DNA of 64,000 nt, taken from positions 395,312,001 through 395,376,000 of the forward strand of contig OZ024740.1 of the NCBI GenBank assembly GCA_964016885.1. The letters run 5' to 3'. This document shows positions 58,600-64,000 of this stretch, piece after piece. Made by a program: the position numbers and the translations under genes. A model generated the notes under the pieces. The model did not search any database and had not been told where the DNA came from. It saw nothing but the letters and a program-made list of their open reading frames with translations. Each line of letters starts with the position of its first letter. Position 1 is the first letter of the stretch. This DNA is from Eledone cirrhosa (Eukaryota).

Positions 58600-61500
58600 C
58601 TACAGGCTGAGGTAGAGAGAAGGCCCATTCACACGGGCCATTCTCGCAACTTTCACCCACCTTTCATAAAACTGCCTGGAGTGGAGCACCTCTCTCTCCA
58701 TCCTGATCCTTCTTCCGAAATGGTATCGGAAGAAAAGGACCAGTTGTTGGCCGGAGAGAAAGGTGTCCGACCTCAGCCCTTTCAAACGCGTCCACCATAT
58801 AGCCTCTTTTACCATGGCTATTACACAGAGGAAGACCGCCTCTCCTTCATTTTTGAAGGGGGGAGGCGGCTTGATCGTTACAATGGACTCGGTGGTCAAC
58901 CTAATTGGTCCCACGCGTGACAGAAGTTGTTCGACATAGCCCCACAGATCGGCAACGCCCGGGCAGTGCACCAATGCGTGCGCGACGGTTTCCTCGTCGC
59001 GCACGCATCTGGGACAGATCTTTTTCGAGGGGTCCCTACCCGGGCGCCCGTGTCTGTAGCGCTTATCCCGAACGGGCAGAGCCCCTCGGTAGCACTGCCA
59101 GGCCAAGGACTTCTGGAAGTTGTCCATAGGTCCCGGGCCGAAAGTCCTACCGAATAGACTGGCCAGTTCGTCCTCCTCCATGACTAGGGTTTCTCCGAGG
59201 GCGTCGTCGCACCCGCTAACCACCAGCCCTCTATAGAATGACGAGGTGGAGTCTCCGTCGATAGCCGAGTCCGCCTGCCAGAGAGCCGTGAGCGCCTGGG
59301 CACACTCGGTGTGTCAGTCGCCCAGTTTTCTCGGTCTTTGCTTCACCCAGGACTGCAGCTCGGTGAGCGAGACGAGCCTCGGGAAGGCTCGCCTCACAAA
59401 CGGGGCCCACACCGGTTGACCGGTGAGGAATACCTGGAGGTGCCTTAGCCTCAATGCGTGTTTACGCATTTTTACCCACGGCATCCCCAGGCCTCCTTTC
59501 AAAGGGTGTTGACAGCAGATGGATCTCCTCACCAGAGGAGACCTCTTTTTCCAAAGGAAATAAAAGAGGGCGCGCTCCATTTTGGCGAGGATCTCACCCG
59601 GGCAAGGCACGAAAGTCAAGCGGTAATAGATGACGGACGCTATGTAAGCGTTCGCCACCTCCGCCCGACCTTTCAGGGATAGTTTGCACTCGGCCCACTT
59701 CTGGGTCAGTGCAAACACCCTATTCGTCACCTCACCCCAGTTTTTCTCCACCTGGAGGTCCGGTCCGAACCAGACCCCAAGCAACTTCACCGGGCCCTCC
59801 GTCCACCGTCCGACGATACCGTCGCACGGCATCGCTTTGCCCCTCCACTCGCCGAGTTGCAAAGCGACTGACTTGTCCCGGTTCAGCTTAGCCCCTGTCA
59901 ACCTTTCGTACTCCTCCAGTAAGGTGCCGATTGCCTCGATTTCCGAGGTGGTCGACACCATTACTGTTACGTCATCGGCGTAGGCCGACACCGCTTTGCG
60001 CAATTCCGGTTCCAAAGGGATGCCCTGCAACAACTCCAACTTCCGCAGTAGTGGCTCGAGAGCCAATACATACAGAAGGGAGGAGAGAGGGCACCCCTGT
60101 CGGATGGAGCGGCTGATTTCGAACGGCTCCGAAAGGTAGCCGTTCACCTTGACTCTAGAGCAGATGCGGCTGCTGTGCATGGCAGTGATCCAGCCCCTGA
60201 AAACGGGTCCGAACCCAGCCGCCGCTAGCACCGCATCCAGGTAACCATGGTCCACCCTATCGAACGCTTTAGACTGATCTAAATTTATCAGGGCCCCACC
60301 AAAGCCGGGTTCGTTCCCAACCCTCTCTATGATGTATCGCATGAGGTGGAGGTTGTCGTGGATGGACCTGGACGGGATAGCGCATGTCTTCGCATCTCCC
60401 ACCAGGCCCCCCACGACAAGCGCCAACCTCTTCGCTAACACCTTGGCCAAAATCTTTAACTCTGCATTTAGCAGAGTTATGGGCCTAAAATTACTAATGT
60501 CATCCCCCTTGTTCTCGTCCTTCCTGACTAGCGAGACTACGCCCTTGGTCACAGAACAGGGAATTCTCCCGTTCTGTTGCCAGTTGCAGTAGACCGCCTC
60601 GAGGAGATCGGGGAACAAGTCCGGCATATTAATATATAGTTCGTAGGGCAGACCATCGAGTCCTGGAGATTTGCGTTTGCCGCATAGGCTCAGCACATCC
60701 CCTATTTCAGCAGCTGAGATCGGCCCATCGCAGGACCTCGCCTCCCCATCCGAAAGACGCGGCAGGCCGTCGAGGTATGGACCGAAATCCACATCTCCAA
60801 TCGGCCCCCCGCCCCTCCCGAACAATTGGGCAAAGTGCCTTTGAAAGGCCTCGCACATTTGCTTAGGTTCAAGGATCACCCGTCCATCCTGGTCTCGCAA
60901 AGACCGGATAGTGGATTTAATCACACTTTTCGCTTCTGTCACGCGGGCCCAGCTAACAGCTTTGGTCCCCTCGTTTCCCAGAGCACGTATTTTGCTTCGG
61001 ACAACGCAGCCTTCGTGTTTCGCGTCGAAGAACTGGTTCAAGACCGTTCTCGACGCTTGCACTCTGGCCACGTTGCCGCTTCTCATTGCCTCTTCAACAT
61101 TAACTACCAACTCCCTTTCCTTCCTATTTCTATCTGAGGCTAACTCCTTACTAACTCCTATTGAAACTACTCTAATCTCTCTTTTTAGAGAGCCCCATCA
61201 CCTGTTGTTGACGATGGCGCCCGTCAACCGCTCCTTAACTAAGGTTCTAATCCGGTCCCTATAAGCTCTACTTGCCGGTAAGGACAAGTTGAGCTTCCAG
61301 TAACCGGGCCCCTGCCTATGCGTTCTATCAAGGTGGACTACGCAGGTCACTAACTTGTGGTCTGAATAGCTCACCATGAGCATTTCTGGACAACTTAAAA
61401 AGTCCCTATCCTTAATTCTAACTAAGAACCTATCTAGGTACGATCTAGATTGACCACTGTTATTTGACCAGGTCCAGGTTGGCACAGTCGGAAAATCTAG

Positions 61501-62037
61501 TCGGTATCTATCGGCCAGGTCAAATCGGCCGATTAACCCCTTAAGGCTGTTACACCCCCCTCTATCGGGACATGCCCCTACATAGTCCCAACGTGCATCT
61601 AGGATACCATTCCAGTCCCCCACTAAAAGCAAGGAGCGGGACGTCCCTAGATAAGTCTCCAGACGATGGAAGAAGTCCGACCGCATTGCCCCAAAAGGGG
61701 CGTATACGGCGACAAGCCTAAAAGCTTCGCCTTCACCATTGCCAAGGTCCAGAACCACGAGTCGACCCTCCGGGTCCAAGTGTACCGTCTGTGTAGCGAG
61801 ATCCAGATGTTTTTGCAGCAGAACGACAACCCCACCTCCACCTCCGGGCTGACAGAGAGATGCGTGCATCTCAAAGTCATCAAAGGTGGGGGCTAGCTGT
61901 CGCATGCTGCTGATCCGGGCCTCGCAAATAACCATCACATTTATACATTGTGACCTGAGGTCACTTAGAAGTTTAGCTTTCTTCCAAGGTGAGCCCAGGC
62001 CACGCGCATTTAGACAACCTACTCTTAAGACAGCCAT
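58600..62037 (-). pseudogene. ORF2: APE endonuclease + RT + zf-RVT (~1145 codons) with two in-frame TGA stops
   Basis: LNARGL, VYAP, GDWN, SYLDRFL, SDH, GPGYWKLN; KSPGLDG, NFRPITLLN, LDQSKAFDRV, RQGCPLS, AYADD; CPRC..ETVAHALVHC; three track ORFs in one frame. Confidence 0.92.
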
Positions 62038-62060
62038 GTTGGGGGCAAAGAAAGAGGCAC

Positions 62061-63774
62061 TTACCTCTCTGCGTCCCAGGGTTCGGGCCGCTCAGTTTCC
62101 ATGGGGCTGGTGGAGGGGTTGATGGATGGGGTGGTGATTTGTGGTGGTGTGGGGGTATTAGTGTGTGGAGGGGTTGGGATCTTTGGAGTTGTGTGGGTGT
62201 TTGAGGAGGGGAGGGGAAAACCTTTCAGGAGGACGCGGTTGAGTGGCCTGGTGCAGGGTGGGCCCACGTCCTCAGGGTAAATGTCTTTCAAAGTTTTGAA
62301 AATGTCAAGTGGGATTTTCACCATTTTCAGGTTAGGGAGTCCCATTGCCGTTACAAAATTCGGCCCTTCGGTTTGTATCGAAGGGTTGTTTTCTATTTTT
62401 TCAGTTAGGTTTTTATTGTTTTTGTTTATGTATGTGTAGAGTTTTTGTGTTGTGTTTGTTTTTGCTTGTTGTTCTTGAGTGAGTTTGCGTTTTATTGTCT
62501 GTGTTGTGTTGTCAGGTGGGGATATTTTTGTTTGTGTGGTGTGTGTACGTTTTTTTCTTTTCACTTTTTGGAAGGGAGCCCCCTCGTCTTCCGACGATAT
62601 GAGCTCCTCTTCCGTATTGGAGGGGAGGGGTATATCTCCGGGTTGTGTATGAACTGCGTGTGTTTTTGTATTTGTGTTCTGTGGGGTGGGGCTGGGTGGG
62701 ACCGTGTTTTGGGTTGTTTTCTTGAGCTGTTGTTGTTGATGTTGTTGTTGTGGTGGTGGTGTTGGTTTTTGTTGTCGTTGTGGTGGTGATGGTAGTGTAT
62801 TTTGTTGTTTTTGTGATGGTGGTGCTGGTTGTTTTTGTTGTTGTTGTGTTGTGGTGTTTGTAGCAGTGGTTTTTTTTTGTTGTTAGTAGAGGGCAGGCCG
62901 TCCCCAGGTGACCTCTGCCAGCGCAGTGGTAACATGAGGGTCTCCTGCCTTCCACTGTGATATTTATGAAGGTTCGCCCATCCAGTAGGTCTCGGTCGGG
63001 TATTCCGGAGATTCTCTCAGGTGTCATCTGTAAGAGAACCTCCAGACTTTTCCCCCCGAACAGTCCACTGGTGGACTCCCCTGCTGAAATAAGTATGTCT
63101 TTTTCTAGGTCCGTAAATCCTGTTAGGACGGACCAGATGTTAATTTCTGGCGTTGGGCTCCACATTCTTATTCTTTGTGTTCTTCTTCCTTTATATGTGG
63201 GGAAGAAGGTGTATTGTGGTGACACTATAGGTGCCACCGAATATTTTTGAGCCAGCATTTCGTCCTTCATTCGGACCATAATGCTGGCATACAGCTTTCC
63301 TCTTTGAATAAAGAGTATGTCCTTTTTAATGTCTTTCAGAACCAGCTCAATTTGACTTTCTGTCAATTGAGCTGGCTTTCTTGTTGCGTTGGTTATAGTC
63401 CTATAGGTTACGGTATTCCTATATACCTGTTGACGCACTTCTTCTGGGGAGTTGATCGTAAAAGAACCATCCTCCCCAAAAGATACGTATTTTCTAGCAT
63501 CTAGCAAATTTTGCTTAGCGTTCGTGATATCTATTGGCTTATACTCGATAGCTTTCCTGACCGTTTGGGCAAAAGAAATTTTGTTGTCTTTGTTTGTTGT
63601 TGTAATGTTGTTGGTTTCATTATTTGTGGTGTTATTTTTTTCTTCAAAATTAAGTTTATCATTTGAATTAATATTCTTTTTTTTTTCATTGGAGAGGAGG
63701 GGCTGTTCAATAGTTTGAACTGTTGTTCCCTCTTTCCCGCTTATTTTTTTGGTAGGCGTGGCGTTCGCTTCCAA
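62061..63774 (-). pseudogene. ORF1 (gag-like, CCHC zinc knuckle), one frameshift in an A homopolymer (~62870-62879)
   Basis: CYHCAGRGHLGTAC; a single frameshift joins 63774-62880 to the Q/P/T-rich frame that continues as the 62564-62061 ORF. Confidence 0.8.
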
Positions 63775-64000
63775 TATGTCGATATTGTTTTCGACAATAT
63801 CGTTATCAACGATATCGTTATCAACGGGGTGAAAATATATTTACCCTACGTCTACAGTCCCAGACTAGGGGTTAGAGTCAATAATAAAAAACAATTCAAA
63901 TAATTCACTCACAAATATTCCAGGTAAAAATTCCAAATCGCAGAGCCGATATGAAAGACGTCTACTATCCTCAGACAGACAGACACACACACACACACAC

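Larger units (their letters stand above)
58372..63971 (-). mobile_element. Near full-length Tx1/L1-clade non-LTR retrotransposon (~5.6 kb) in an (AC)/(CAGA) repeat
   Basis: ORF1 + ORF2 + UTRs; both flanks are cagaca/cacaca repeats; aataaa near the 3' end on the minus strand. Confidence 0.92.

Overview
AT-rich, repeat-saturated animal genomic DNA. The SINE, RTE and microsatellite content resembles an octopus/cephalopod, but that is an inference. I could not support any host gene exon. The core (~13-34.4 kb) is a (TA)n-microsatellite island repeatedly hit by Penelope-like retroelements (PLEs). It holds one PLE with an uninterrupted 819-aa RT + GIY-YIG ORF, one 5'-truncated PLE, and several ORF-less fold-back insertions. 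Together these carry about 12 minimal type I hammerhead ribozyme (HHR) motifs from at least 5 distinct sequence families. The fold-backs share one architecture: two outward-facing 3' ends, one a fixed 'tail' longer than the other, both abutting (TA)n. One of them (30.3-31.4 kb) reads as a circularly permuted ~700-nt non-coding monomer, i.e. retrozyme-like. Elsewhere there is a near full-length Tx1/L1-type LINE in an (AC)/(CAGA) repeat, RTE, CRE, R4 and CR1/Jockey relics, a decayed mariner, several MITEs, tRNA-SINEs, two minisatellites and a 6.4-kb (TA)n array. The long Ile/Tyr, Ser, Leu and His/Thr ORFs in the track are microsatellite artefacts. Folding and identities were judged by eye.
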